Of a DNA stretch of 64,000 nucleotides, positions 45,667 through 57,315 are shown one piece after another. How positions within the stretch are numbered: position 1 is the first letter of the stretch; each line of letters opens with the position of its first letter. Made by a program: the position numbers and the translations under genes. The notes under the pieces were generated by a model. The model saw only the letters and a list, made by a program, of their open reading frames with translations. It was not told the origin of the DNA and did no database searches. Origin of the DNA: Helicobacter cetorum (lineage in GTDB: Bacteria; Campylobacterota; Campylobacteria; Campylobacterales; UBA6016). The stretch is taken from assembly GCA_022729705.1 (NCBI GenBank), contig DZAX01000005.1, positions 11,704 through 75,703 of the forward strand, in the 5' to 3' direction.

Positions 45667-45935
45667 TGATGTTAACGCTAGTTTGAGCAAAGCTCAATCT
45701 AGCGGTAGGGTCACGAGTGTCCCTACGACCCCTCTCGGGTCCCATCGCCAACAGGCGATGGGTGGCTCTAGCTACCCACTAAAGCGGGAGAGTGAAAAAG
45801 AGCGTAAGACTATTAACTGACCTTGCATCCTAAAAATTCTCCGGCAAAGCCGGTAGCATAAGGAGGATGTAAGGGGCGATTAGCCCCTGCTGCAAATACG
45901 GGCGTTGCGCGTGTTTGCGCGTGTTTGCGCGTAAC
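45667..45935. repeat. about 270-bp composite of mosaic repeats (one forward unit, one reverse unit, 10-bp tandem duplication gcgtgtttgc x2)
   Basis: Forward unit: cgctagtttgagcaaagctcaatctagcg-gtagggtcacgagtgtccctacg-...-agctacccactaaagcgggagag. Reverse unit: attctccggcaaagccggtagc...gtaaggggcgattagcccctgc-tgcaaatacgggcgttgcgcgtgtttgcgcgtgtttgcgcg. Confidence 0.85.
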
Positions 45936-46988
<1,053 letters not shown>

Positions 46989-47134
46989 CTAAGTGTACTA
47001 AAGAGAAGCTTATAAAGGCGTTTGCAAAAGGCGCGTTGCGTATATTTTATAAAAACGCTTTTCGGGGCTGTTTGGTCCGCTATTTTTTAAAAACGCCTCA
47101 TGAGCCATAACCATCAAAACGTTATCGCCAAACG

Positions 47135-49540
47135 CTAGATAAGTGCATACTTCAACACCTCATCAATCGTTTTAACCGGAATTATCTTCATATTCTCTTT
47201 CACCTCATCGGGTATATCCGGCAAATCTCTATCATAGTTTTTTTGCGGAATCAGCGCTGTTTTGATTTTTGATTTATACGCCGCTATCAGCTTCTCTTTT
47301 AGCCCGCCTATCGCCGTTACTCTGCCCGTCAGCGTAATCTCTCCCGTCATCGCCACCGAGGAGTCTACTTCTCGCTCGCTGATGATAGAGGATATGACCG
47401 TAGCCATCGCTATACCAGCGCTTGGGCCGTCTTTTGGCGTGGCTCCGTCAGGGACGTGTATGTGTAGGTTATAGCAGTCGTAGGTGCTTGGTTTTTCGCC
47501 TTTTTCATCCGATATGTGCGCTCTTTCGACTATTTTTTCGTCTATTTGCAGTTTGCCTGTGTCTATTAGCGTTTTTACTACACTGTAGGCTATTTTTGCC
47601 GACTCTTTCATCACATCACCAAGGCTTCCCGTTAGCTCTACGGCGCCTTTGCCTCTCATCTTGACCGCTTCTATTTTGAGCACGTCGCCGCCGACAGATG
47701 TCCATGCTAGACCGTTTACTACGCCTATCTGGTTTTCTTTGTCTGCCTCTTCGTACTCAAAGACGGTTTTGTCGAGAAAGTCTTTGATGTTTTTGGAGCT
47801 TATCGTTACTTTTGCTACTTTCTCTTCTAGTATGATTTTTGCCGTTTTTCTGGCTATTGTCGCTATTTGCCTTCTTAGACTTCTTACTCCAGCTTCTCTG
47901 GTGTATTTTTCTATCACCTCTTTCAATACGGCTGTTGGCATTGAGAGTTCGTTTGCTTTTAATCCGTGTTTTTTTAGCTCTTGCGGAACTAGGTATTTTT
48001 TTGCTATCTCATACTTTTCTTGCGGCGTATACGAGCCTACTTCGATAAACTCCATTCTATCTCTCAGCGGTGCCGGAATAGTTGAAGCGTCGTTTGCCGT
48101 GGCTATGAAGACTGCGCTTGAGAGGTTGATATTGAAGTTTAGATAGTAGTCTCTGAATTTATCGTTTTGCTCAGGGTCTAGTATTTCAAGAAGCGCCGCC
48201 GTTGGGTCGCCTCTCATGTTTCTACCCACTTTGTCTATCTCATCTAGCACTATCACCGGATTCATCTGCTTTGCATTGATAAGCCCCTGCACGATTCTGC
48301 CGGGCATTGCTCCGACGTATGTGCGTCTGTGACCCCTTAGCTCGTTTACGTCTTCGAGTCCGCCGAGAGCTACTCGCACTAGCTCCCTTTTTAGCGCTTT
48401 TGCTATGGAGTTTGCAAGGCTAGTTTTACCAACCCCTGGAGGACCTATGAAGCAGAGTATGGCTCCTTTTGCGTCTTTTTGGCTTGTGCCTCTAAGCTCC
48501 AATAGTTCTTTGACGGCAAAAAACTCTACTATTCTTTTTTTCGGTTTTTCAAGCGAAAAGTGGTCTTCATTTAGCGTCTTTTCTACTTTGCCTATCTCCA
48601 TTTTTGCTTTTGAGATTTTGCCATACGGGATTTCCAGCACATACTCTACATACGTCTGAAGCACGTTTGCATCGCCGCTATCTGGGTGCATACGTCCTAG
48701 CTTGTCGAGCTGTTTTTTTGTCTCTTTGTATGCGTCTTCGTACATAAACGGCTTTATCGCTTCAAGCTTTTTGCTATACTCTCCAAGCTCCTCTTGTCTG
48801 CTTGTATCCTCTCCAAGCTCTTTTCGTATCTGCTTTAGCTGCTCTTTTAGAAAATACTCTTTGTTGGCTTTGTCCATTTTGTCATGCACTTTTGCCCGTA
48901 TCTCTTTTTGCAGTTTTGCCGCCTCAGTTTCGTCTATGATGTGCTCTATAAGCTTCATCAACCGCTTTTCCACGTCTTGCTCTACAAATAGCAAATGAGC
49001 GTCGTTTTTTTGTAGCTTTATCGAACTGCTGATTAGGTCGGCTATACGATTTGGCTCGTGGTTTTCATATATCGTTTTCAAAAGATCAGGGGGAAAGTAT
49101 CCAGCCACGGCGGATAGAGCTTTGACGTGTTCTCGCAAGTTTACCAGTATCGCCTCTACTTTTTGCTCGTTGTACGGATGAGTCTTTATCGTATCCACCA
49201 CGGCAAGCATCGGGTCGTCACCGAGATGTTCCACGATGTGACCGCGCGCTAGCCCCTGAAACAGTACTTTTACTCTACCGTCCGGTAGTACTATTTTTCT
49301 GATGACAGAGCCTATTACCCCAGATTCGTATATGGAGTCAAACGTATGCTCGCCCTCTTTGCCGCTTTGCGAGTGACAGACAAGAATAAGAGAATTATTC
49401 TCAACGGCAAAACTAGCCGCTTTTATCATCTTTTCATCGGACAAAAAGAGCGGAGCAATCATAAAGGGGTATAAAAAGATGTCGTCTTCTACTATTATTG
49501 GTAGATTGGTAGGAAAAGAACCGTAATTGGCGAGTTGCAT
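47135..49540 (-). CDS. lon: ATP-dependent Lon protease (801 aa)
   Basis: LON N-domain, Walker A GPPGVGKTSL and catalytic PKDGPSAGIAM. Confidence 0.95.
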   Translation of the reverse strand: MQLANYGSFPTNLPIIVEDDIFLYPFMIAPLFLSDEKMIKAASFAVENNSLILVCHSQSGKEGEHTFDSIYESGVIGSVIRKIVLPDGRVKVLFQGLARGHIVEHLGDDPMLAVVDTIKTHPYNEQKVEAILVNLREHVKALSAVAGYFPPDLLKTIYENHEPNRIADLISSSIKLQKNDAHLLFVEQDVEKRLMKLIEHIIDETEAAKLQKEIRAKVHDKMDKANKEYFLKEQLKQIRKELGEDTSRQEELGEYSKKLEAIKPFMYEDAYKETKKQLDKLGRMHPDSGDANVLQTYVEYVLEIPYGKISKAKMEIGKVEKTLNEDHFSLEKPKKRIVEFFAVKELLELRGTSQKDAKGAILCFIGPPGVGKTSLANSIAKALKRELVRVALGGLEDVNELRGHRRTYVGAMPGRIVQGLINAKQMNPVIVLDEIDKVGRNMRGDPTAALLEILDPEQNDKFRDYYLNFNINLSSAVFIATANDASTIPAPLRDRMEFIEVGSYTPQEKYEIAKKYLVPQELKKHGLKANELSMPTAVLKEVIEKYTREAGVRSLRRQIATIARKTAKIILEEKVAKVTISSKNIKDFLDKTVFEYEEADKENQIGVVNGLAWTSVGGDVLKIEAVKMRGKGAVELTGSLGDVMKESAKIAYSVVKTLIDTGKLQIDEKIVERAHISDEKGEKPSTYDCYNLHIHVPDGATPKDGPSAGIAMATVISSIISEREVDSSVAMTGEITLTGRVTAIGGLKEKLIAAYKSKIKTALIPQKNYDRDLPDIPDEVKENMKIIPVKTIDEVLKYALI

Positions 49541-49620
49541 TTAATGGGACTCCAGTGAAAGTAGTGTGTTATTTATAATTTATTCTCAAATTTTTAGCGC
49601 AAGCGGTAAGCGCTTTTAAA

Positions 49621-49692
49621 TCTGCCGCTTCATGCGGCTAGCTTTAGCGGCTCAGTGCCAGCGTAGCCAAGACGGGCTTTGCTCGTCTTGGC
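49621..49692. repeat. mosaic hairpin repeat
   Basis: tctgccgcttcatgcggctagctttagcggctcagtgccagcgtagccaagacgggctttgctcgtcttggcgtactat. Confidence 0.85.
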
Positions 49693-49699
49693 GTACTAT

Positions 49700-50371
49700 C
49701 TACTGCAACCACGACTCAAACAAGCTTCTATACCAAGCGCTATTTGGCTTTTCATATTTGATACCGTCAAGCCAGCTTATGTTTGCGTCCGCCATATATT
49801 TTTTTGCGGCTTCGGGCTTATCTACTCTTTTGTATAGTCCGGCTATGTTTTCGTTTATCATTTTGTTTGCGAGGGCTAGTTTTAGAGCCATTGTTTGCGC
49901 GTACGGTTTGTATGGCGAGTTTGGATAATCTTTTATGAACTCCTCAAACTCTTTTTGCGTCTCCAAAATAAGCTGTTGGTCTCTAAAAGGCTTCTTGAAC
50001 GCCAAAAAGTTAGCTTTTAGTTTTAGGTATCTCATGAGTTCCATATTTTTTTTGTCGCCGTATCTTTTGGAGTACTCGTCAAGATAGTAGTTTGCAAGGA
50101 TATACTCCTCACTGTCCATGTGCGCCTCAGCCAGTATAAGCATAGCCTCGGCAATCAGCGGAGAGCGTATATGCTCGCTTTGCAAAGAGGTAAAATCTTT
50201 ATCCGCTTGGTCAAGCTCGCCCCTCATCGTCTCTTTGGTCAATTTTTTGTACCAATAATCCGCCGGCTTGTTGTACTCTTCTTGATTTTTTGCCGAACAT
50301 CCGACAAATAGTATAGACGCACCTATTGCGAGGGCTGTTGCTTTGATGGTAAAAATGTTGTTATTTTTCAT
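49700..50371 (-). CDS. bamD: outer-membrane assembly lipoprotein BamD/YfiO-like (TPR, 223 aa)
   Basis: Lipobox LFVGC, followed by TPR-like helices with the BamD-like N-terminus EEYNKPADYWYKK. Confidence 0.7.
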   Translation of the reverse strand: MKNNNIFTIKATALAIGASILFVGCSAKNQEEYNKPADYWYKKLTKETMRGELDQADKDFTSLQSEHIRSPLIAEAMLILAEAHMDSEEYILANYYLDEYSKRYGDKKNMELMRYLKLKANFLAFKKPFRDQQLILETQKEFEEFIKDYPNSPYKPYAQTMALKLALANKMINENIAGLYKRVDKPEAAKKYMADANISWLDGIKYEKPNSAWYRSLFESWLQ

Positions 50372-50499
50372 GTTTATGTAGTAATCCCGCCCTAAATATT
50401 ATGCTTATTAATGTTAACTTATTTTCAATTAAAGAGGGTAAAACGCAACCGACGACAGGAAAACAACCAAACGCCTGAGTGTAAAATCATCAACCGTGA

Positions 50500-51405
50500 G
50501 AAGCAAGAAAAAGATTAAGGCGTACAAGACTATTATGCTTAATACAATATGACACCCTTGACCTACAAATCATTTTTTCAGGCTCTTCGGCTTTATATTT
50601 GGAGCATGCTAAAGGCGATTTGTCTCGTCGCGCCGTCGTGCACAGGATGGTTGGGCTCTCATTTAGGGAGTTTTTGGAGCTTGAGTGCAAAGAGAGCTTT
50701 GAGCCTGTCAGTTTGGCGGAACTGTTGAAAAATCACATGGAAATAGCCTCAAGCGTGACAAACAAAATCAAACCGCTGGAGATGTTCAAAAACTATTTGC
50801 AATATGGCTACTATCCATTTTATCTACAATCAAAAAAACACTATCCGCTAAAACTACAAGAGACCATAAATTTAGCTCTTGAGGTTGATATTAGCTCTAT
50901 ATTTGGTATATCTTTTGACAAAGTATCAAAGTTCAAAAAACTGCTCATTGGGCTATGCCAGTCGTCGCCCTCACAGATAAATATCGCCAAACTAGCCACA
51001 ATGTGCGAGCTAAACAGAAATACAGTCTATACCTATCTGGACTGTATGCAAAAATCACAGCTTATCAATATGCTTAGATGTGCAGGTAGCAGCGCCTCGG
51101 CTATGAGTAAGCCGGACAAGCTATATCTTGGCAATCCAAATATCTCCAATCTACTTTGTGATGAACCAAATATAGGAACTTTGCGAGAGCTTTTCTTTTT
51201 GAATCAGCTATCGGTTGGGCATATCGTGGAGTATCCAAAAGCCGGGGATTTCGTGATTGACGGCAAGCATACCATCGAAGTGGGCGGCAAAAACAAGAGC
51301 TTTGAACAGATAAAGAATTTGGACGATTCATATCTCGCCGTAGATGAAATCGAAGTCGGATTTGACAACAAAATCCCGCTTTGGGTGTTTGGATTTTTGT
51401 ATTAG
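50500..51405 (+). pseudogene. 5'-truncated AAA-ATPase/DUF4143-family gene (COG1373-like)
   Basis: The open frame reads ..LIQYDTLDLQIIFSGSSALYLEHAKGDLSRRAVVHRMVGLSFREFLE.., which is the sensor and C-terminal half of this family. Walker A/B regions are absent, and the frame opens just after a TGA with no plausible ATG. Confidence 0.6.
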
Positions 51406-51423
51406 CGCCAATACTAAACAGTT

Positions 51424-51487
51424 GGTCGCGAGAGCCCTTTGCCGATGAGCTAATTTTTGGCTCTGCCGGAAATTTGATGGCATTGTC
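51424..51487. repeat. mosaic repeat module (variant of the htrA/murA leader module)
   Basis: ggtcgcgagagccctttgccgatgagctaatttttggctctgccggaaatttga. Confidence 0.65.
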
Positions 51488-51558
51488 AAATAAGATGACA
51501 AAAACTCTAAAAAATAAGCTAAAATTGCAAAAACAGAGAAAAGTCATACGAGGGTGAA

Positions 51559-52335
51559 ATGCGATATATAGATAATAAAGAGTCTTCAATCATTCTTATA
51601 GGCGCCGGAAATATGGGCGAGGCGTTGCTAGATGGTATGCTAAAAAAAAATATTGACGTATCTGTGTTTACTAGAACAGAAGAAAAAGCTCAAAAGCTTG
51701 AAGAGTATTATCCTTTTGTGAGAGTGGAGATTTCAAATGGAATAGTAGATGTAGAGGGTAAAACGGTAATTTTGGCTGTTAAGCCAAATAGTTTTGACTC
51801 CATAAAGTTCAAAGGAAAAGCGAAGGTTTTTATCTCTGTGATGGCGAAAGTGTACATAGACGAGATTAAAAAAAATGTAGAAGCTGAGAACTATATAAGA
51901 GCTATGCCAAATATTGCGGCGAGATGTGAGAAGTCGATGACGACTGTGACTGGAAGTCTTGCATATAAAGATGAAGCTTTGGCTCTTTTTGAGTCTATTG
52001 GCAAAAGCGTTTGGGTTGATACGGAGGATGAGCTGAATATCGCTACCGCTTTGGCTGGAAGCGCTCCGGCGTTTTTGGCTCTTGTGGCTGAGTCTTTGAC
52101 TGATGGGGCTGTGATGGCTGGATTAAAAAGGGGTGTTGCGGTGGAGATGACAAAAGGGCTTTTTGATGGATTTGCGGCTCTTTTGGACGGCTCATCCCCG
52201 ACAAAAATAAAAGAAGAGGTGATGAGCCCAAAAGGCACTACGGCGGCGGGGCTTCTTGAGCTTGAACGCGCAAGCGTTAGAGCGGCGTTTATGAGTGCTA
52301 TCGACGCGGCTTATCGTAAAGCTTCAAAGCTTTGA
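51559..52335 (+). CDS. proC: pyrroline-5-carboxylate reductase (258 aa)
   Basis: IGAGNMG, GSAPAF and SPKGTTAAGL blocks. Confidence 0.85.
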   Translation: MRYIDNKESSIILIGAGNMGEALLDGMLKKNIDVSVFTRTEEKAQKLEEYYPFVRVEISNGIVDVEGKTVILAVKPNSFDSIKFKGKAKVFISVMAKVYIDEIKKNVEAENYIRAMPNIAARCEKSMTTVTGSLAYKDEALALFESIGKSVWVDTEDELNIATALAGSAPAFLALVAESLTDGAVMAGLKRGVAVEMTKGLFDGFAALLDGSSPTKIKEEVMSPKGTTAAGLLELERASVRAAFMSAIDAAYRKASKL

Positions 52336-52339
52336 TGTT

Positions 52340-52500
52340 ACGCATAAATAGCAGCAAAGCTACTATTTATGGTAGGGACATAAATGTCCCTACGACCCCC
52401 TAAAGCTACCCGCATGAAGCGGGAGAGGAATTATAAGGAGCGACTAGTCGCGAGAGCTGTCTGCTGAAGACCTCGTTTTGGGCTTTGCTCAAAACGTGAG
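52340..52500. repeat. mosaic hairpin repeat (full unit 52340-52425) plus leader module (52436-52500)
   Basis: cgcataaatagcagcaaagctactatttatgg-tagggacataaatgtccctacg-accccctaaagct-acccgcatgaagcgggagag, then gcgactagtcgcgagagctgtctgctgaagacctcgttttgggctttgctcaaaacgtgagaattaat. Confidence 0.9.
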
Positions 52501-52543
52501 AATTAATTCAAATGGCAAAAATCAAATTTATAGGAAAAATCTA

Positions 52544-53806
52544 ATGTACTATCTTGATATTTACGGCGGAAAAAAACTATCCGGCGAAGTGACCATATCC
52601 GGCGCCAAAAACTCTTCATTGCCGCTTATCGCCTCAACAATACTATCAAAAACTCCTGTGACTATTACTAATATGCCGCGAGTAGCCGATATTAAGACGA
52701 TGTTAAAGCTTATGACAAATCTTGGCGCCGAGGCTGAGTTTGAGGGTAATACCTTGAAAATTGACGCCCAAAAGCTAAACGGCACAGTGGCAACGTATGA
52801 CATTGTAAAGACGATGAGGGCTTCTATCCTTGTTTTAGGCCCTCTTCTCTCCAGATTTGGCAAGTGCGATGTGAGCTTGCCGGGGGGTTGCGCTATAGGA
52901 CAAAGACCTGTGGATCTGCACCTAAAGGCTCTTGAGGCGATGGGCGCTGAGATAGAGATAAAAAACGGATATGTGGAGGCAAGGGCTCCTAGAGGGCTTA
53001 CGGGAACCACGATAGTTTTTGACAAAATCACGGTAACCGGCACGGAAAACATCATCATGGCGGCGGCTTTGGCAAAAGGAACCACAAGACTGATAAACGC
53101 CGCAAAAGAGCCGGAGGTAACGCAACTATGCGAAGTATTAAGGCATGCGGGAGCCAATATAGCCGGTATTGGAACTGATGAGATAATTATAGACGGAAGC
53201 GGCGGCGAACTTTATAGTTTTAAGGATATAGAGGTGATTCCCGATAGAATAGAGGCGGGAACTTATCTATGTGCGGCGGCTATCACAAATTCGACGATAA
53301 CGCTCAAAAAAGTGGTAATGAGCCACATGGAAAGCTTCATATCAAAGCTCCAATCCATGGGGTATTCGTTTGATTATGGCAAAGACGAGCTAACTATCAA
53401 GCCCGCCAAAAAAATAAAGCCAGTAGAGATAATAACCACAGAGTTTCCGGGGTTTCCCACCGATATGCAGGCTCAGTTTATGGCTCTTGCGACTCAGGCA
53501 AACGGCGTTAGCGAGATAGAGGAGAGGCTATTTGAAAACCGCTTTATGCACGCAAGCGAGCTTACAAGGCTTGGAGCCTCGTTGCAGCTAAAGCACAATA
53601 CGGCGACAGTAGAGGGTCCAACGGAGCTAACAGGTGCCGATGTGATGGCGACCGACCTTAGAGCCTCATCGGCGCTTGTAATAGCGGCGCTTGCAGCTAG
53701 CGGTAAAACTAGAATACATAGAATCTATCACCTATATCGAGGTTATGAAGATTTGGAACAAAAGCTTCTTTCGCTTGGCGCCGAGCTTGAGAGAGGCGAT
53801 GAGTAG
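52544..53806 (+). CDS. murA: UDP-N-acetylglucosamine 1-carboxyvinyltransferase (420 aa from MYYLDI)
   Basis: ISGAKNS.LP and [16 protein letters not shown] (active-site Cys). The listed longer ORF (from 52478) starts inside the repeat. Confidence 0.93.
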   Translation: MYYLDIYGGKKLSGEVTISGAKNSSLPLIASTILSKTPVTITNMPRVADIKTMLKLMTNLGAEAEFEGNTLKIDAQKLNGTVATYDIVKTMRASILVLGPLLSRFGKCDVSLPGGCAIGQRPVDLHLKALEAMGAEIEIKNGYVEARAPRGLTGTTIVFDKITVTGTENIIMAAALAKGTTRLINAAKEPEVTQLCEVLRHAGANIAGIGTDEIIIDGSGGELYSFKDIEVIPDRIEAGTYLCAAAITNSTITLKKVVMSHMESFISKLQSMGYSFDYGKDELTIKPAKKIKPVEIITTEFPGFPTDMQAQFMALATQANGVSEIEERLFENRFMHASELTRLGASLQLKHNTATVEGPTELTGADVMATDLRASSALVIAALAASGKTRIHRIYHLYRGYEDLEQKLLSLGAELERGDE

Positions 53807-53809
53807 AGT

Positions 53810-55162
53810 TTGGAGGAGAAAGTTTTGGATGAGCTACTTGAAAAGCTAGACTGGTTAGAACAAAAAGTAGAAAAAGAGAGAAAGGCAAAAGAAGCCGCTG
53901 AGAAGTTTTTGGAAGATAGGACTCTTGAGCTTTATTCTGCAAATCAAGAGCTTTTAGATGCGGCGTTGCAACTTGAAGACGAGGTGAGACAGCGAACCGT
54001 AGAATTAGAGATGGCTTTGGAGAGAGCAAACGCCGCTACAAAAGCCAAAAGCGAGTTTTTGGCGACTATGAGTCATGAGATTAGAACTCCCCTAAACGGC
54101 GTGCTGGGTATGGCAAGTCTGCTCTCGCAAACGGATTTGGACGAAGAGCAAAGAGAGTATGTCGACGTTATAGAGTCTAGCGGTAAAGCCCTGCTTTGTC
54201 TTATCAGTGATATTTTAGATCTATCCAAAATAGAGTTTGGCGCTTTGGAGCTTGAAAATAGAGCTTTTTGTGTGTCGTCTCTTTTTATGGAGTGTATAAA
54301 AATTTTTGACGTTCAGGCAAAGCAAAAAGGCATAAAGCTGGAGGCTGATATTTGCGACGACGCTCCGGCGACTGTGATAGGAGACTCTACAAGGCTAAGG
54401 CAGATACTAGTAAACCTACTAAGCAACGCTATTAAGTTTACGCAAAAAGGGTTTGTCTCTTTAACTCTTAGGATAACGTCAAAAACGGATAGCTCAGTGT
54501 CGTTTGAGGCGTGTGTCCGTGATAGCGGAATCGGCATATCTGACGATAAGATGGATAGGTTATTTAAGCCTTTTTCGCAACTGGACGGCTCCACCACTAG
54601 AGAGTATGGCGGCACTGGGCTCGGTCTTGCTATTTGCGCAAAGCTTGCGGCTTTGATGGGCGGCGATATTTGGGTTGAGAGTGAAAAAGGGTGCGGCTCT
54701 AAGTTCTTTTTTACATGGAGTTGTAAAGTTCAGGCGACAGAGCAAAAACCACAGGCAAAAGCGCAAAACGCAGAGCCTTCAAGCTCTCTATCGGTGCTTG
54801 CGGCGGAGGATAACCTCGTAAACCAAAAAGTCTTAGACGCTCATCTAAAAAAACTTGGCATAAAAGCTGTAATCGTCGGGGACGGCTTGCGGTGCATAGA
54901 AGCGGCGGCGGATGGTTCGTATGACCTTATTTTGATGGATATGCAGATGCCAAATATGGATGGTATAGACGCCGCCAAAATCATAAGAAGCCTTGAACTA
55001 CCTAAGCGCCCGTTTATCGCAGCTCTTACCGCAAACGCTTTTGAGGAGGATGCTAGGGTTTGCATGGAGGCGGGAATGGATGATTTTTTGTCAAAGCCGC
55101 TTACTACGGAGGGGCTAAGACGTATTATTGATAAGGCGATGGAGAGTAAGGCGCAAAAATAG
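53810..55162 (+). CDS. soluble hybrid sensor histidine kinase / response regulator (450 aa, TTG start)
   Basis: Coiled-coil N-terminus, H-box [13 protein letters not shown] boxes ([18 protein letters not shown]) and a receiver domain with [14 protein letters not shown]. No TM segment. Confidence 0.85.
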   Translation: MEEKVLDELLEKLDWLEQKVEKERKAKEAAEKFLEDRTLELYSANQELLDAALQLEDEVRQRTVELEMALERANAATKAKSEFLATMSHEIRTPLNGVLGMASLLSQTDLDEEQREYVDVIESSGKALLCLISDILDLSKIEFGALELENRAFCVSSLFMECIKIFDVQAKQKGIKLEADICDDAPATVIGDSTRLRQILVNLLSNAIKFTQKGFVSLTLRITSKTDSSVSFEACVRDSGIGISDDKMDRLFKPFSQLDGSTTREYGGTGLGLAICAKLAALMGGDIWVESEKGCGSKFFFTWSCKVQATEQKPQAKAQNAEPSSSLSVLAAEDNLVNQKVLDAHLKKLGIKAVIVGDGLRCIEAAADGSYDLILMDMQMPNMDGIDAAKIIRSLELPKRPFIAALTANAFEEDARVCMEAGMDDFLSKPLTTEGLRRIIDKAMESKAQK

Positions 55163-55181
55163 CGCCTTACCTTAAGCCCTT

Positions 55182-57050
55182 TTAATTCTCTATATAACTT
55201 TTAAGAGCCCTGCCCACTTTTGGGTGTTTTAATTTTTTGATTGCGCTTGACTCTATCTGTCTTACTCTCTCTCTTGTTACGCTAAGCTCTTTGCCTATCT
55301 CTTCAAGAGTTCTATCCGACTCGTCGTCAAGAAGTCCAAATCTCATCTTAATAACCGCTCTCTCTCTATCTGAGAGCTGTTCTAGTACATTGTCGATTTG
55401 ACCTTTTAGGTCTTGCTTCATGACGCTATCCATCGGGCTTACAAGGTTTCTATCCTCTACAAAGTCTCCAAATTTACCATCGTCTTCATTTCCAATAGGA
55501 GCTTCAAGGCTTATTGGCTCTTTTGTTATCTTGATGATATTTTTTACTTTCTCAACTGAGAGTTGTACCTCTTCGGCTATAGCTTCTACATCTGGTTCTT
55601 GCCCCGTCTCTTGTATCTGCTTTCTGATAACTTTGTTGATTCTGTTGATAGACTCAATCATGTGTATCGGAATACGGATAGTTCTGGCTTGGTCGGCGAT
55701 AGAGCGGCTGATGGCTTGTCTTATCCACCAAGTGGCGTAAGTTGAGAATTTATACCCTTTTTTGTACTCAAACTTATCAACCGCTTTCATAAGACCGATG
55801 TTGCCCTCTTGAATAAGGTCAAGAAAAGGCAAGCCTCTATTGGTGTATCTTTTTGCGATTGACACAACGAGTCTTAGGTTTGATTTTGCCATTCTGGTTT
55901 TTGCGTCGTCGGAGATTTTTTTACCCCTTTTGATCTGCTCCAAAACCTCTTTTAGCTCTTCTGGTTGCATATTGAAGCTGTCTTTTCCGGCTTCAAAGTT
56001 TTCAAACAGCTTTTTGATTTCCATATATGTGGATACCATCGTCTGCTCAGGCACACTTGCGGCTATCTCCTCTTTGGACATAGTCACGATAACTTCAAGC
56101 ATCTTTTTGTGTTTATCTTTTAACTGCTCGTTAAATAAAGGGAGTCTGTATTCAAGTTTTTTTAGCTCCTTGTCAAAATCCCCCTCGCTTTTTAAGCTCG
56201 TCTCCATAGCGCGCACAAGTTCGCTTATCAGCTTGCTGGTAGGTCCTAGCTCCAAAAGAGCCTCTTTTACCATTCTTTTTTTAAAAGCGTTTGTAAGAAT
56301 ATTTAGTATATTTTCAGGGGATAGCGGGTCGCCCTCTATGTCAAACTTATGTGTTTTTTCCCACTCTTTTTTTGCTTTTTCAAGCGTCTTAAACGCCTCT
56401 AGTACTTTATCGACCCTTTTTTGGTCTTTTTTTGATATAGCCTTATCCTCTTCGGTGCCCTCTTCTAGTTCGCCCTCAGCTTCGTCTTCAAAGTCGCCGT
56501 CGGCGTCGTCGCTCTCCTCTTCGTCGTCGCCAAAGCTTTTGAAGAGCTCTTTTACTCTTCTTTCTCTATTGATAAGAGCCTCTTTGTAGTTGATGATAAA
56601 TTGGATAAGGTATCCAACCGAGCAGATAGAGTCAAGGATCATATCCTCGCCTTGCTCTATCTTGATGGAAAGCTCCACCTCTTCCTCTTTGGTTAGAAGC
56701 GGGATTTGTCCCATTTCGCGTAGGTACATACGAACCGGACTATCAGACCTTGACCACTCCAAAAGCTCTTTGTCTTTTGTAAAGTCAATCATATCCATCT
56801 GATGTTCGCTTTTCATTTGCAAAAACGCTTCTTTGCTTCTCTCCGCGTCGGCGATATTCATAAGCTTTGCCGCCTCTGCTGAGGAACAGAGGAATAGTTG
56901 ATGCTTTTTTGCCATTTCTGATATTTTTTTTGAGACGGTCGCCGTCGGTAGTTTGTCCATAGCCTCAACTATTTTCTCATACGTCAAGGTTCCGTTTTTG
57001 CTTTCTTTGAATAGATCTTCTAATTGTGTTGCGGTAGATTTTGTAGACAC
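55182..57050 (-). CDS. rpoD: RNA polymerase sigma factor RpoD (622 aa)
   Basis: Region 2 [10 protein letters not shown], region 4.2 [20 protein letters not shown] and an acidic spacer. Confidence 0.95.
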   Translation of the reverse strand: MSTKSTATQLEDLFKESKNGTLTYEKIVEAMDKLPTATVSKKISEMAKKHQLFLCSSAEAAKLMNIADAERSKEAFLQMKSEHQMDMIDFTKDKELLEWSRSDSPVRMYLREMGQIPLLTKEEEVELSIKIEQGEDMILDSICSVGYLIQFIINYKEALINRERRVKELFKSFGDDEEESDDADGDFEDEAEGELEEGTEEDKAISKKDQKRVDKVLEAFKTLEKAKKEWEKTHKFDIEGDPLSPENILNILTNAFKKRMVKEALLELGPTSKLISELVRAMETSLKSEGDFDKELKKLEYRLPLFNEQLKDKHKKMLEVIVTMSKEEIAASVPEQTMVSTYMEIKKLFENFEAGKDSFNMQPEELKEVLEQIKRGKKISDDAKTRMAKSNLRLVVSIAKRYTNRGLPFLDLIQEGNIGLMKAVDKFEYKKGYKFSTYATWWIRQAISRSIADQARTIRIPIHMIESINRINKVIRKQIQETGQEPDVEAIAEEVQLSVEKVKNIIKITKEPISLEAPIGNEDDGKFGDFVEDRNLVSPMDSVMKQDLKGQIDNVLEQLSDRERAVIKMRFGLLDDESDRTLEEIGKELSVTRERVRQIESSAIKKLKHPKVGRALKSYIEN

Positions 57051-57214
57051 GTCTGGCTTCCTCTTTGTGAGAGTTTTATAAGGGGATTAATTTTTAATCG
57101 TTTAAGTAATTTATCATTATACAGTAAAGTATATTAAGGAGAGTCCTGAGCATTCGTTCCTGTTTAGCCCCCGTCTTACGGTATAATACACAAACACCCA
57201 ATAGAAGCTAATTT

Positions 57215-57286
57215 ATGGGAAATTTATTGCACGCTAATGCCAAGACTACGCCTTGAGTTCGAAAAGTATTGATATTACGCAAGTAA
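57215..57286 (+). pseudogene. stub of an IS481-family transposase N-terminus with in-frame stops
   Basis: MGNLLHANAKTTP*VRKVLILRK* resembles the ..LH.NA.TTP..R..IQ.. start of IS481-type transposases. TATAAT at 57182-57187. Nothing further of the IS remains. Confidence 0.4.
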
Positions 57287-57315
57287 TCATTTGGTGCCTA
57301 TATTCAATATGTGGT

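Noticed and set aside
53810-55162. The orphan soluble hybrid histidine kinase next to murA, as a potentially unusual signalling system.
   Set aside because: The domain order (coiled coil-HisKA-HATPase-REC) is common in Campylobacterota. Nothing in the sequence itself is atypical, and partner genes may lie elsewhere.
55840-56589. Long antisense ORFs inside conserved genes: 249 aa opposite rpoD, 10573..11127 opposite gltD, 33017..33667 opposite alaS, 52561..53157 opposite murA, 15356..15916 opposite cysK/metY, 8910..9344 opposite gltB, 47649..48146 and others opposite lon.
   Set aside because: Each lies fully within a strongly supported gene on the other strand. Their composition is low-complexity and rich in Ser, Leu, Phe and Pro, which is typical of antisense frames. 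They have no RBS or recognisable motifs.
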